A stretch of DNA of 64,000 nt from an uncultured Gammaproteobacteria bacterium (GTDB lineage Bacteria > Pseudomonadota > Gammaproteobacteria > Competibacterales > Competibacteraceae), in the NCBI GenBank assembly GCA_963696515.1, contig CAVOKM010000007.1:2541-66540 (forward strand), in the 5' to 3' direction. How positions within the stretch are numbered: the stretch's first letter is position 1; the number at the start of each line of letters is the position of its first letter. The translations under genes were made by a program, and so were the position numbers. This document shows, in pieces, positions 31,301 through 41,681 of this stretch. Below the pieces are notes generated by a model. That model saw nothing but the letters and a program-made list of their open reading frames with translations. It made no database searches and was not told where the DNA came from.

Positions 31301-32474
31301 ACCGGTTGGAGTGCGGCCCTGAACCGAACCGATGCCCTGACCCTGCGCGCGGCGGACAGCCAGGACTTCGTGGAAGTCTGGCGGCTGCGCGCCGGCCCGC
31401 TGTGGAACGTGCAAACCGCCGGCATCCCGCTGGTGCAGCGGCTCGACGTCGAAGGCGAATGGACCCCGGAGTGGCGGCCGTTGGCCGGGCGAGAGCATCA
31501 CCCTGAGCATCAGCCGGCCGGAAGGCGCGCCCGGCGGCACCGTGACCGTGGATCAGAGCCATCTGCGGCTGAATCCGGGTCGGCGGCTGAGCGAAGCCAG
31601 CCTGGAACTGACGCTGCGCGCCAGCCGGGGAGCCGAGCGAATTGTGACCCTGCCGCCGGGCGCGACCCTGACCGGCGCGCGGATCAACGAGGTTCCGCAA
31701 CCGCTCCGGCAGCAGGGGCAACAGGTGGTTCTGCCGCTGACGCCTGGCGTGCAAAAGGTCGCGCTGACCTGGCGCGAGGAGGAGGGCGTCAGCGCCCGCT
31801 ATCAAACGCCGCCGGTGGATCTGGGTGGACCCAGCGTCAACGCTCGCCTGAGCGTCGTCCTGCCGCGCGACCGCTGGCCGCTGTGGGTCGGCGGACCGAC
31901 GTTGGGACCCGCCGTGCTGTTCTGGGGCGTGCTGCTGGTCATCCTGGCCGGCGCTATCGTGCTGGCCCGAGTCGGCGGCACACCCCTCCGCGCCCATCAC
32001 TGGTTTCTGCTCGGCGTCGGCCTGAGCCAGAGTCACATCGTGGCGACGCTGCTGGTGGCGGGCTGGCTGGTGCTGTTGGCGCGGCGCAAGACGCTGGCAA
32101 CCGGGGCCATCGGCAATTTCCGCTTCGACCTGTGGCAACTCGGGCTGGCGGCGTTGACGTTGGCGGCGCTGGCTGCCTTGCTAGCAGGTATCGAACAGGG
32201 TCTGCTGGGCGCGCCGGAGATGCAAATCGCTGGCAACGACTCCAGCGCCTATCAGCTCAACTGGTATCAGGATCGTAGCGCCGGCCCCATGCCGACCGCG
32301 TGGGTGGTCTCCGCGCCGATCCTGCTCTATCGCGGCCTGATGCTGGCCTGGTCGCTGTGGCTGGCGTATGCCCTGCTCCGGTGGCTCGGCTGGGCCTGGG
32401 AATGCTTCAGCGCCGGTGGCCTGTGGCGACCCTTGCGCTGGCGCAAGGGATCGAGCGATGAAGTGCGGCCTTGA
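28343..32474 (+). CDS. Large uncharacterised multi-pass membrane protein (about 1370 aa; frameshift near 31490)
   Basis: GGAG RBS; signal peptide; two internally similar extracytoplasmic segments, each followed by TM bundles; continues in ORF 31542-32474. Confidence 0.75.
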
Positions 32475-32566
32475 ATCAGCGGGTGGGCGGCCATACCAGC
32501 GTTCGGACTGTGAGTATTAATCATCGGGTTCACCCTCCGCGCTGAAGCGGGAACGCTGGACAAGCG

Positions 32567-34115
32567 CTACTGGGTCTCCACCTCGAACCCCACCACGGTG
32601 CGGGTTTCGCGGCTGAACTCGACCCCGATCAGATGGATCGGCTCGCCTGCGGCGCGGTACTTGTCGGCATAGCCCCGGTCCTTGATCTGCTGCAGCGCCC
32701 GCCCCTCCGGCGCCAGTTCCACCACCTTGAACTCGAACAGATAGAGGTGGCGGTTGAACCGCACCGTCATGTCGAGCTGGCCGTGGTGGGTCGCATCTTC
32801 CAGGGTGATGGGCAGGCCCAGGGCGGCGAAGTAGCTGTAGAACACGCTGGCGTAATAGCCTTCGTATCGGGCGATGGGGTTGTTGCGATGCCAGTCGTGG
32901 GGGATGCTGGCGAAAAAGGCCTGGAACAGGGCCTGGAGCCCGGCGCAGTCGGCGCGGGTTAGCAACTGGAGCAGGCGCAGGCGGTTCTCGAAGGCCCGCT
33001 GGCCATCGGCGCCGTAGCCGATCAGCAGGGCGGCGTTGAGGCTGGTTTCCACTTCGTGATTGGGATAACCCAGCGTATACACCCAGTAGCCGAGCAAGGG
33101 CTCCTCGACCTGATGAATGGTGAGATACCCGGTCTGGAACAGCAGGGCGTCGCTGTTGATCTGTTCCACGTCGAAGGTGGACAGCAGTTCCAGGCTGGTT
33201 TGCCGCCGCGCCAGGTCGGGGGTGAAAAAGCCCCGCTGGGCGAGCAGGTCGACCAGGAAGGTCGGAGTGCCGGTTTCAAACCACCAGGGCTTGAACTGGC
33301 GTTCCTTGAACAGCAATAGTAGATCGAAGGGGTTGTAGACCGCCTCGCCGGTCCAATTGTAGCCGTTGTACCACGCCCGGATCTGCGCACGATCCAGTCC
33401 CTCCAACTCGGCGGCGAACACGGTATCGACATCCGCCTCGGTATAGCCGCAAATCGCCGAATAGCTCGCGATCCACCGTGATGTCGTTCAGGTTGTTCAG
33501 CCCGGAAAACAGGCTGACCTTGCTGAATTTGGACACCCCGGTCAGAAAGGCGAAACGGAGGTGGGCGTCGGAATCCTTGATTACCGAATACAGATTGCGC
33601 AGTCCCTCGCGCATCTCGCGGGCGATGTCCGGCGCGGTCAGGTTGTCCAGGATCGGCTTGTCGTATTCATCCACCAGGACGACCACCCGTTCTCCGGTGG
33701 CGGCGTGGGCGTTACGAATCAACTCGCCAAAGCAACCGGAAATCGTCGGCTGCTGGCACCGGATACCCAACGCCGCCTGATTGATGTCGAGCAGTTCGCG
33801 GATTTTCTGTTCCAACTCCGGGCGGCTCTTGAGCACCCCGCCGCCGAAGCTCAGCCGGAGGACCGGCGATGACTTTGACCAGTTCCAGCGGTCCTGGGCG
33901 TACAGCCCGCGAAACAGCGGCTCGTTCCCGGCGAACAGTTCCGCCAACGTGTCCAGAAACAGCGACTTGCCGAACCGGCGCGGCCGGGAGAGGAAATAGT
34001 ACTTGCCTTCCTCGATCAGCTTCAGGGCAAAGGCGGTCTTGTCGACGTAGTAGCAGTCGTCTTCACGAATCTCGCGGAAGGTCTGGATGCCGATGGGGAG
34101 TTTTTTGCGGGTCAT
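32567..34115 (-). CDS. AAA-ATPase-like plus PD-(D/E)XK_9 nuclease protein (frameshift near 33470)
   Basis: LPIGIQTF, YYVDKT, RPRRFGKSL, DEYDKP, TGVSKFSK, WYNGY, LFEFK, ALQQIKDRGY. Confidence 0.9.
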
Positions 34116-34249
34116 GAGTGGGTAACCAGGCCGGTCGGGAGGGTAGGGGATGATGCTATTGTAGCGCCGGGCAAATAGCGCTGGGGCGAGATCGCCGTTC
34201 AATCTCCACATCGTTCGGCGGCCGCGTCGCTTGCCAAGGCGGTCATTGT

Positions 34250-35386
34250 TCAACGACGGCCTGCAAGGAAAGCGCGCACCGCTTGTTCGGTGGTGGCGGC
34301 CAGATAGTCGCCGCCCGCCGCCAACGCCTGCTCCAGGCTTACCGGTCCCGGACACAGGCTGAAGACCGCGCTGATGCCCAGCGCGTGCAGCGAATCCAAA
34401 CCGTCGCCGATGCCGCCGGCGATGGCGATGCAGGGCACGCCGCGCGCCTGGGCGCGCTCCGCAACCCCTGCCGGCGCCTTGCCGAAGGTGGTCTGCGCAT
34501 CGATCCGTCCCTCGGCGGTGAGTACGAGATCCGCGCCGCACAGATGTTCGTCCAGCCCGACCAGATCCAGCACCACGTCCACGCCGCGCCGCAATTCAGC
34601 GCCGAGAAAAGCCCTCAATCCCGCGCCCAGGCCGCCCGCCGCGCCAGCGCCCGATAAATCGCGCACGTCCAGCCCAAGGTCGCGTTCGATCACCCCCGCC
34701 AGGTTGGCCAGACCAGCGTCCAGTTGCCGCACCTGTTCGGGCGTGGCGCCCTTCTGGGGACCATAGACCTGGGCCGCGCCGCCTACCCCCAGCAGTGTAT
34801 TGTCCACATCGCAAATCGCTTCGATCCGGACCCCGGCCAGCCGGTGATCGAGACCGCTCAGGTCGATGCGGCGAATCGCCGCCAGCGCACCGCCCACCGG
34901 CTCCACCGTCGTGCCGCCGGCGTCCAGAAATCGCCCGCCCAGCGCCGTTGCCATGCCTACTCCGCCGTCGTTGGTGGCGCTGCCGCCGATGCCGACGACC
35001 AGATGGGACACCCCCAAATCCAGCGCCGCTGCGATCAGTTCGCCGGTGCCGAGGGTGGTAGTGAGCAGGGGGTTGAGAATGCCTCGGGACAACAATGCCA
35101 GACCGCTGGCGGCGGCCATTTCAATGACCGCCAGCCGGCGCGCGGGGACGTGGCAGAACGAGGCTTGCACGGGGTCGCCGCGTGGGCCGGTGACGGTTGC
35201 CGACCGTTTTTCGCCGTGTAGGGCGTCGACCAGCACCTCGGCCAGCCCATCGCCGCCGTCGGCCACGGGCAAGAGCACGATGTCGGGCGCCGGGCAAGCC
35301 CGGACCACACCGCGCGCCATGGCATCCGCCGCTTGGGTGGCAGTCAGACAACCCTTGAGGGCATTGGGGGCAAGCAGGATTTTCAC
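34250..35386 (-). CDS. glxK: Glycerate kinase
   Basis: PVADGGDG, IGGSATNDGG, YGPQKGA, GAGAAGG, EGRIDAQT. Confidence 0.92.
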   Translation of the reverse strand: MKILLAPNALKGCLTATQAADAMARGVVRACPAPDIVLLPVADGGDGLAEVLVDALHGEKRSATVTGPRGDPVQASFCHVPARRLAVIEMAAASGLALLSRGILNPLLTTTLGTGELIAAALDLGVSHLVVGIGGSATNDGGVGMATALGGRFLDAGGTTVEPVGGALAAIRRIDLSGLDHRLAGVRIEAICDVDNTLLGVGGAAQVYGPQKGATPEQVRQLDAGLANLAGVIERDLGLDVRDLSGAGAAGGLGAGLRAFLGAELRRGVDVVLDLVGLDEHLCGADLVLTAEGRIDAQTTFGKAPAGVAERAQARGVPCIAIAGGIGDGLDSLHALGISAVFSLCPGPVSLEQALAAGGDYLAATTEQAVRAFLAGRR

Positions 35387-35472
35387 AATCTTCCATTTCT
35401 CCAGGGCGACCCGTTGTTAATTACCTAGGTAAGTTATGGTTTTTTGTGTTATGCTATTTACCGTTAAACGAT

Positions 35473-35556
35473 TCAGGACAAGGCCGAACCTACCGTGAGA
35501 TAGGGGCGGAAAGTCGCGGATCCTGGAACAGTTTTCAGGACAGCCGGACTGCCGGA
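35473..35556 (+). ncRNA. c-di-GMP-I (GEMM-I) riboswitch, GYRA-loop variant
   Basis: ACAAGGCCGAA-CCTA(CC)-GTGA-GATAGG-GGCGGAAAG-TCGCGGATCCTG...CAGGACAGCCGGACTGCC; C21-G46 covariation in Vc2 numbering. Confidence 0.75.
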
Positions 35557-35638
35557 GACGACACCGTCAGGGTCGCCGAGGGCAGTCCGGTTTATTTTTA
35601 GGAAGATGCAGATAGCTGTAGAGAACGGGAGATGTGTC

Positions 35639-35917
35639 ATGTTGACCTACGAGGATTGCGTCGGTTTGACCGACTTGGACGAAGAGGAAATCGAGGCCAT
35701 CGCCCAACACGAGCATGTGCCGGAAATTGTCGCCGCCGAGATGGGTTGCTGGCTGGCTCACAACCCTGGCGGTGAATCCACCATCGAACATATCATCGAA
35801 GATGATATCGAAATGGCCACGAGTCATGGTCACCCACAGGAAGCTCGGCACTGGAAGGAAGTGCTGAATCACTTCGCCGTGAATCACCCCCATTTGTGGG
35901 AACGCGAAGCCGCCTAA
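35639..35917 (+). CDS. Conserved hypothetical small acidic protein
   Basis: GGGAG RBS; MLTYEDCVGLTDLDEEEIEAIAQHEHVPEIVAAEMG. Confidence 0.75.
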   Translation: MLTYEDCVGLTDLDEEEIEAIAQHEHVPEIVAAEMGCWLAHNPGGESTIEHIIEDDIEMATSHGHPQEARHWKEVLNHFAVNHPHLWEREAA

Positions 35918-35922
35918 CGGCA

Positions 35923-37299
35923 TCAAACAACCCCCGCCCCGCGGGGGTTGTTTATGGGTCGCCATGCCGAGGGGCAGGGCAACACCGCCTCGGCGAGAAA
36001 ACCGCCCAGGTCCTCGGAGCGGCCCAACCGCAAGGTCCCGCCGTATTGCGCGACGATGTCGTCGGCGATGGCCAGCCCCAAACCATGACCGGCGCGGGAT
36101 TCGTCGATCCGCGTCCCGCGTTGCCGCAATGCCTCCAACTGGTCTGGCGGACAACCTGGTCCATCGTCCTCGATCCGCAACCAGAGGCTCGCCGCATCCA
36201 CGCCAGCGGTCAGCCGCACCGCGGTTTCCGCCCACTGACAGGCGTTGTCCAGGAGGTTGCCCAACAGTTCCAGCAGGTCGTCGCGATCGCCGGCAAACCC
36301 GCTGCCCGGCGGGACTTGGGCTTCAATGGCAATTTCCCGGTCGCGGTGAATGCGGCCCAGGGTCTCGATCAGGTCGGCCACTTCCCCGTCGAGCAGCACC
36401 CGCTGGCCGGGCGCACCCCCACCCGCGATGCGCGCCCGCTTGAGTTCGCGTTCGGTCAGGGCGCGGATGTGTTGCAGTTGCTGGCGCAAATCCCGCCACC
36501 AACTGCTTGCGTCGCCGGACGGAGGAGGTTGTTCGGCGAGTTGGGTCAGGGCGGTGAGCGGGGTCTTCAACGCATGGGCGAGGTTGCCCAGGGCATGGCG
36601 AGAACGGCGCTGGCGCTGATTCAGCAATTCCAGCAATCGGTTGAGTTCGGCGATCAACGGCCGCACCTCGGCCGGCGCTTCCAGGGAAAGTTGCGGAATT
36701 TCCCCGCGCGCCAGCCGGGGCAACTCGCGGCGGATCTGCTCTAATGGTGCCAGGCCGCGGCGTACGATCAATCTTTGCAGCAGCAGCAAGGCACCGAACA
36801 ACATGACGGCGATGAGGCTGAATTCCACCAACAGGCGCCGGAGACCGGTACTCACCGGGGTGAAATCCTCGGTCACGGCGATGGTGACCGGATGATTCTG
36901 CACCCGGAAGGCGCGACCGACCAACAACAACCGTTGCTCCTGAGGGCCAGTAACGAAGGCCCGCGTTACCCGGTCGGCAGCGAGAGGCGGCAACGACAGG
37001 TCAGTGTCCCACAACGAGCGGGAGCAAAGTTCGCCGCTGGCGGTTTCGATCTGGTAATAGTGGCCTGAATAGGGTTGGCGGAAATTGGCGCCGATTCGGT
37101 CGGCGGCCAGTTGCGGCTGACCGCTGGCATCGAAGGTCAGGGCGGCCAGGACGGTTTCCAGATCGTGCTCCAGTCGGGCCGCGACGAAATTCTCGGCCAT
37201 TTGGCGCAGCGAATAGCCGCCGATGGCGACCGCCAGAACAGTCAGCACGGCCAGCGTGAAAATCAGGCCGGTGAACAGCCGGCCTTGCAGCGAAGTCAT
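35923..37299 (-). CDS. Sensor histidine kinase (PhoQ/CarS-like)
   Basis: Two TMs; [29 protein letters not shown]. Confidence 0.93.
   Translation of the reverse strand: MTSLQGRLFTGLIFTLAVLTVLAVAIGGYSLRQMAENFVAARLEHDLETVLAALTFDASGQPQLAADRIGANFRQPYSGHYYQIETASGELCSRSLWDTDLSLPPLAADRVTRAFVTGPQEQRLLLVGRAFRVQNHPVTIAVTEDFTPVSTGLRRLLVEFSLIAVMLFGALLLLQRLIVRRGLAPLEQIRRELPRLARGEIPQLSLEAPAEVRPLIAELNRLLELLNQRQRRSRHALGNLAHALKTPLTALTQLAEQPPPSGDASSWWRDLRQQLQHIRALTERELKRARIAGGGAPGQRVLLDGEVADLIETLGRIHRDREIAIEAQVPPGSGFAGDRDDLLELLGNLLDNACQWAETAVRLTAGVDAASLWLRIEDDGPGCPPDQLEALRQRGTRIDESRAGHGLGLAIADDIVAQYGGTLRLGRSEDLGGFLAEAVLPCPSAWRPINNPRGAGVV
35925..35953. terminator. Bidirectional intrinsic terminator
   Basis: AAACAACCCCCGC-CCC-GCGGGGGTTGTTT where convergent genes meet. 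Confidence 0.65.
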
Positions 37300-37967
37300 C
37301 CGTTGTCGGCTCCGAAGATGTAACCCTGGCCGCGCCGGGTGGCGATCAGTTCACGGCCGAACTTGCGGCGTAGCCGGTTGATGTAGACCTCCAGCACGTT
37401 GCTGTCGCGCTCGGCGTCGAAATCGTAAACGTGCTCGGCCAGACGGCTTTTGGATAGCACCAAGCCGGGATGGCGCATGAAGTAGCGCAGCAGGCGAAAT
37501 TCGGTCCCGGTTAGCTCGACGGTTTCGTTCGTGGCGAGCACCCGCGCGGTCTGGGTCTCCTCGTCCAGCTCCAACCCGGCGGTTTGCAGCGGACCGTGCG
37601 GCCGGGCGACACCGCGTCGCAGCAACGCCTGGAGCCGGGCGAGCAGTTCGGCGACATGGAAGGGTTTGCTCAGATAATCGTCCGCGCCGGCCTTGAAACC
37701 GTCCACCTTTTCATGCCAGGCATCGCGGGCGGTCAGGATCAGCACCGGCACCGGATGACCGGCCGCGCGCCAGCGACGCAGCACATCCAGCCCGGAACGG
37801 CGGGGAAGGCCCAGGTCCAGCACCACCACGTCATAGGGTTCGGATTCGCCCATGAATTCGGCATCCACGCCGTCGGCCGCCACGTCCACCGCGAAGCCGG
37901 CGCGTTCCAAATCGTTCCGCAGACGACTGCTAAGCAGGGCATCGTCTTCGACCAGCAGCAACCGCAT
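37296..37967 (-). CDS. OmpR-family response regulator
   Basis: [39 protein letters not shown]. Confidence 0.95.
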   Translation of the reverse strand: MRLLLVEDDALLSSRLRNDLERAGFAVDVAADGVDAEFMGESEPYDVVVLDLGLPRRSGLDVLRRWRAAGHPVPVLILTARDAWHEKVDGFKAGADDYLSKPFHVAELLARLQALLRRGVARPHGPLQTAGLELDEETQTARVLATNETVELTGTEFRLLRYFMRHPGLVLSKSRLAEHVYDFDAERDSNVLEVYINRLRRKFGRELIATRRGQGYIFGADNG

Positions 37968-37969
37968 CC

Positions 37970-38281
37970 CTAGTTCCGTTCCACCTGCCACAGTTCGCCG
38001 CTGCGGGCATCGTATTCAAATTCCCGCACCACGCCATCGTCGCCTAGCATCTTCAGTTCGTAAACATAGCGGTCCTGCTCGAATTCCAGCTCGGCTTCCA
38101 ACAATTGACCGCCGGGATGTTGGCGGCGGTGGTTGGCGATGATGCTTTCCAGCGACAGAATTTGACCAGCGCCGCGCAGTTGCCGGACCTGGTCGTGATC
38201 GAGGTCGGCCAAAGCGGGGGCGGCGTCAAGCAGACTCCCTACCAGGGTCAGAACAGTGACGAATCCAGCAGGACGGTACAT
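37970..38281 (-). CDS. PepSY-domain protein
   Basis: Signal peptide; LLEAELE...YVYELK...YDARSGE. Confidence 0.85.
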   Translation of the reverse strand: MYRPAGFVTVLTLVGSLLDAAPALADLDHDQVRQLRGAGQILSLESIIANHRRQHPGGQLLEAELEFEQDRYVYELKMLGDDGVVREFEYDARSGELWQVERN

Positions 38282-38309
38282 GGCTTCCTCCTGGCTGGCG
38301 AAGACCGAC

Positions 38310-38912
38310 TCAGACCCGCTTGCGACCGGTGATCATGGCATGGGCCAGGTTTTCGCGGTGCAGCAGGCTTTCCCAGATCACGCCGATCAGGTGCCCGACC
38401 ACCAGAATCACGGTGAAGTTGGCGAAGAATTCGTGGACCTCCTTGATGGTGTCAATGGTGCTGTCACTGCTGTCAACCAACAGGCCGGCCAGCGGACCCA
38501 GGCCCTTGTCGGCGCCGTACAGCATCAATCCGGCGAGGACGGTGACGGTCAAGCTCAGCAGTAGGATGACGATCATCGCGCCGCCGGCGGGATTGTGCCC
38601 CAAATAGCGCGGCGCTCGCAGGGTCAGCACGTCCCTGACATACAACAGGGTTTCGTGCGGACCGCGAACGAAATCGCTAAAGCGGGCGTGGCGCGTACCC
38701 GCGAAGCCCAAGAACAGGCGGAACAGCAACAGGACGACGATAGTATAGCCCGCCCAGACATGGATCATTTGCAGCCACTTGCCGTCCAGTAGATCTTCCA
38801 ACGGTCCCTCCTGGCTGAAATAGGCAAGGACGAAAGCGACCGCCAGAGTCCAATGGAACAGGCGGACGGCGGGATCCCAGACAGTGATTTCGGTTGCGGT
38901 GCGTTCGGTCAT
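38310..38912 (-). CDS. Cytochrome b/b6 (Ni-hydrogenase cyt b-like) membrane protein
   Basis: WDPAVRLFHW, HVWAGY, GHNPAG, HEFFAN, HRENL..MITG. Confidence 0.9.
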   Translation of the reverse strand: MTERTATEITVWDPAVRLFHWTLAVAFVLAYFSQEGPLEDLLDGKWLQMIHVWAGYTIVVLLLFRLFLGFAGTRHARFSDFVRGPHETLLYVRDVLTLRAPRYLGHNPAGGAMIVILLLSLTVTVLAGLMLYGADKGLGPLAGLLVDSSDSTIDTIKEVHEFFANFTVILVVGHLIGVIWESLLHRENLAHAMITGRKRV

Positions 38913-38993
38913 GAGTCAAATTTTCGGTGGCCTCTCCACCTGGGCGACGGCGCCGCGGTGGAGGTGGGATTGTGGATGGAGACTTCTCAGTGC

Positions 38994-39317
38994 TTACTTG
39001 CCTTCTTCGGCGACCAGTTCACCGGTTGCGATCTCGTAGTACACCTCCCATTTTTTGCCGTCGTTGCCCTTGATTTTAACTTCCCAGGTCTTCTTACCCT
39101 TCTTGGTGTCCTCGTAAACCTTGGTGACTTCGCCCGGATGCGCCTGAAGGGCCTTCTCGGTCGCCTGTTCCTTGGTGATGGCGGTTTTTGCTGGAGTGGT
39201 GACAACCGTAGCGGGTGCTGGAGAAGTGGGGGATTCGCTAGCGGCGAAGGCTGCGGTTGTGGCGATGGTGGTTACCATGGCAAGCGCGACGGTACTGAGC
39301 AGATTATGCAGGTGCAT
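38994..39317 (-). CDS. PepSY-domain secreted protein
   Basis: Signal peptide; ITKEQA..KAL..HPGEV...WEVKI...TGELV. Confidence 0.85.
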   Translation of the reverse strand: MHLHNLLSTVALAMVTTIATTAAFAASESPTSPAPATVVTTPAKTAITKEQATEKALQAHPGEVTKVYEDTKKGKKTWEVKIKGNDGKKWEVYYEIATGELVAEEGK

Positions 39318-39645
39318 TCGGATTGACCTCTCGGTTGAATTGGAAATGTTGAAATCATGTTCGGTTGTGGGTTCCGTCGAGTTTGTTCGCCGGAACCACA
39401 GCAGCCTTGAGGTGCGACTTTAAAGCGCTTGCCTTAAGCCAAGATGAATTATGGGTATGCGGGGAAAAAGATGGGGTGGCGGGGTTCTAACCGTAGTTTT
39501 AATAAAAAACAACAACAGCCATTTTTCCAGGATCCAGATCCAGCCAGGCCGGCGTTGTTGTTGTTATCTTTATCTTTGTTAGTAGTATTAACTACAATTA
39601 AGGGGATGAAAAAATTCATAAATATTAGTATCTTACAAGACAATG

Positions 39646-40035
39646 GTGGGGGAAGTGAGGGGAGTAATGTGGGGGTTGCGCGGGGAGTTAAGTGGGGGAA
39701 GTGAGGGGAGTAATGTGGGGGTTGCGCGGGGAGTTGTTCGGCTAAAGTGGGGGAGGTGCGGGGAATATTTTGGCCTAAAGTGGGGGAGGTGCGGGGAGTC
39801 ATCGATCCTAAAGTGGGGGAAGTCAGGGGAGTTATTAGCCTAAAGTGGGGGTTGCGCGGGGAGTTATCGACCCTAAAGTGGGGGAAGTCAGGGGAGTTGG
39901 ATGAAGGTGGCAGCGAGGACGGGGAGCGATAAAGGCCCCAGGAACGGTCGTCGCGGCGATTTGGATTGGGCGTTGGAGGGGAAATAAAGGGGCGGCGGCG
40001 GGCCAGTCCAGCGAAAGTGGGGGAAACGCGGGGAG
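39646..40035 (+). repeat. Iteron array / plasmid-type replication origin
   Basis: Ten 19-bp repeats GTGGGGG-N6-GGGGA(G/A) at 39646, 39669, 39692, 39715, 39747, 39780, 39813, 39845, 39878 and 40017; AT-rich tract about 39495-39640. Confidence 0.8.
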
Positions 40036-40056
40036 CAAAGTGGGGGGGATATGCGA

Positions 40057-40085
40057 TTGCAATCCCCCACTTTATGGCTTATAAC
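40057..40085 (+). promoter_or_regulatory. Sigma70 promoter of rep, overlapped by an inverted half-iteron
   Basis: TTGCAA-N17-TATAAC; the spacer contains CCCCCACTTT, the reverse complement of AAAGTGGGGG. Confidence 0.65.
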
Positions 40086-40118
40086 TTTCGGGGAGGATAC
40101 TCAGCCACGAGGTACGCC

Positions 40119-41519
40119 ATGAGTCCCGACATCACCGATCTGCTTGGCAACGACGTCAGGAAGCCCACTGCGCTGGTTCATTTCGAACGGGATATGTCGC
40201 TCACCGAACAGAAGGTGATGACGTTGATCATATTCCACTGCCAGGTTGCCGACAAGGATGATATCGGTTTCTACCACATCCGCAAAAGCTTCGTGCGCCG
40301 GTTCCTCGGCTGGGAGGACAGCCACAACTATCCGCGCATCTACGAAGCCTTCGAGAAAATCTTCGACAACACGATCCGCTGGAACCTTCTGGGCAAGGAC
40401 AAGACTTTTAAGAGTCTGAAGTGCAAGTTGATCGTCAGTCTGCTCGAACCGACCGAAACTGGCCCGTTTATCGGGTTCAAGCTCCATCCCGATCTGGAGC
40501 CGGCCATTAAGGACCCCCGGCTGTTCGCCCGGATCAAGCTCATCATGATGGCGATTCTGGCCAAGCCCAAGTACGCCTTTCCGCTGTATGAAATTCTGTC
40601 CGACTGCTACTCGCGCGGCGAACGGGTCGCCCGGCTTTCCCTGCGGGAACTGAAGGAATCGCTGGGCATCGCGGGGCCCTATTACGATCAATTCATTGCA
40701 TTCAAGAAGGAAGTCCTTCGGCCGAATCTGGCGGCTATCAATCAGAACACCGACTGCCATGTCGCTTACGATACCTATCGGGAGGGAAGAAAAGTGGCTG
40801 GGGTGGTGTTCACCATCGACAAGCAGGCATGGCATCCTCCCCTGCTTGAGGAGCATCTGCGCGAGCTTCAGAGCTACTACCGGCCTGTCACCGTCGATGT
40901 GCCAGCATTGAGCGCGCCGCCGGTTCCCAACACCGACGAACAGGCGTTTCTGGACAGCGTGAAGCCCTATCAAGTCAACGAGTCTGACGCGATGCAGGCG
41001 ATCCGTACCCATGGTCTGGGGGGCGCGCGGGCGATTCGCGATTACGCTCTGCGCCAGGCGATGCGCAGAAAGGGATCAAAGGATCAGGTTCGGGATCTCG
41101 GGGCTTATATGGCGCGCTGCTTCCGCGAGGGCTACGGCCGGTGGGAGGAAAAGGACCAACCGAACACGGAACGCGCCGAGACCCCGAGCAAAGAGGTTCA
41201 GCCCGCGCGGGAATCACCGTCCGAGTCCGAGCAGCTTGCATCCGAGATAAAAACCGCGTTCCGGGTATATCAGAGTCAACTCGTGGAGGAGCGGCTCGGT
41301 CGCATGTCGGCGGAGGAGCGGGCGCAATTCGACGACGAATTTGCCGCTCGCCATGCGATTTGGGCACGGAAGTTTCGCGAGGTCGGTCTCACTACTCCCC
41401 TGTTGCGTTCCGCATTCCAGGCGTTCGCCGTGGAGGGGCTCCTCGAACCTTGGCAAAAGGATATCGTCACCTTTGCCAGGGACCGCGCGGCGCCGATTGA
41501 GGTTATTGAACGGTTGTAA
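40119..41519 (+). CDS. Replication initiator protein (Rep_3/RepB family)
   Basis: MSLTEQKVM, KYAFPLYE, LRELKESLG, FKKEVLRPNLAAIN, REGRKVAGVVF; adjacent to iterons. Confidence 0.85.
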   Translation: MSPDITDLLGNDVRKPTALVHFERDMSLTEQKVMTLIIFHCQVADKDDIGFYHIRKSFVRRFLGWEDSHNYPRIYEAFEKIFDNTIRWNLLGKDKTFKSLKCKLIVSLLEPTETGPFIGFKLHPDLEPAIKDPRLFARIKLIMMAILAKPKYAFPLYEILSDCYSRGERVARLSLRELKESLGIAGPYYDQFIAFKKEVLRPNLAAINQNTDCHVAYDTYREGRKVAGVVFTIDKQAWHPPLLEEHLRELQSYYRPVTVDVPALSAPPVPNTDEQAFLDSVKPYQVNESDAMQAIRTHGLGGARAIRDYALRQAMRRKGSKDQVRDLGAYMARCFREGYGRWEEKDQPNTERAETPSKEVQPARESPSESEQLASEIKTAFRVYQSQLVEERLGRMSAEERAQFDDEFAARHAIWARKFREVGLTTPLLRSAFQAFAVEGLLEPWQKDIVTFARDRAAPIEVIERL

Positions 41520-41681
41520 CGGACAACTTGAAAGCGTCCGGCCTATAAATCTCCCCAATACCCTCAGGCCGGCGAAGGACCCTGATCCCGCCAGTAATCC
41601 AGCCCCTGTGCGTTGAGTGCGATATTCAACTCCAGCACCGTGCGCCGCTGTTCGATGTAAACCCCCGCAATCTGCCCATTC

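Noticed and set aside
39444-40070. Short ORFs and a possible second CRISPR array in the G-rich repeats
   Set aside because: The repeats are degenerate with 4-14-nt gaps and lie upstream of a Rep gene, so they are iterons
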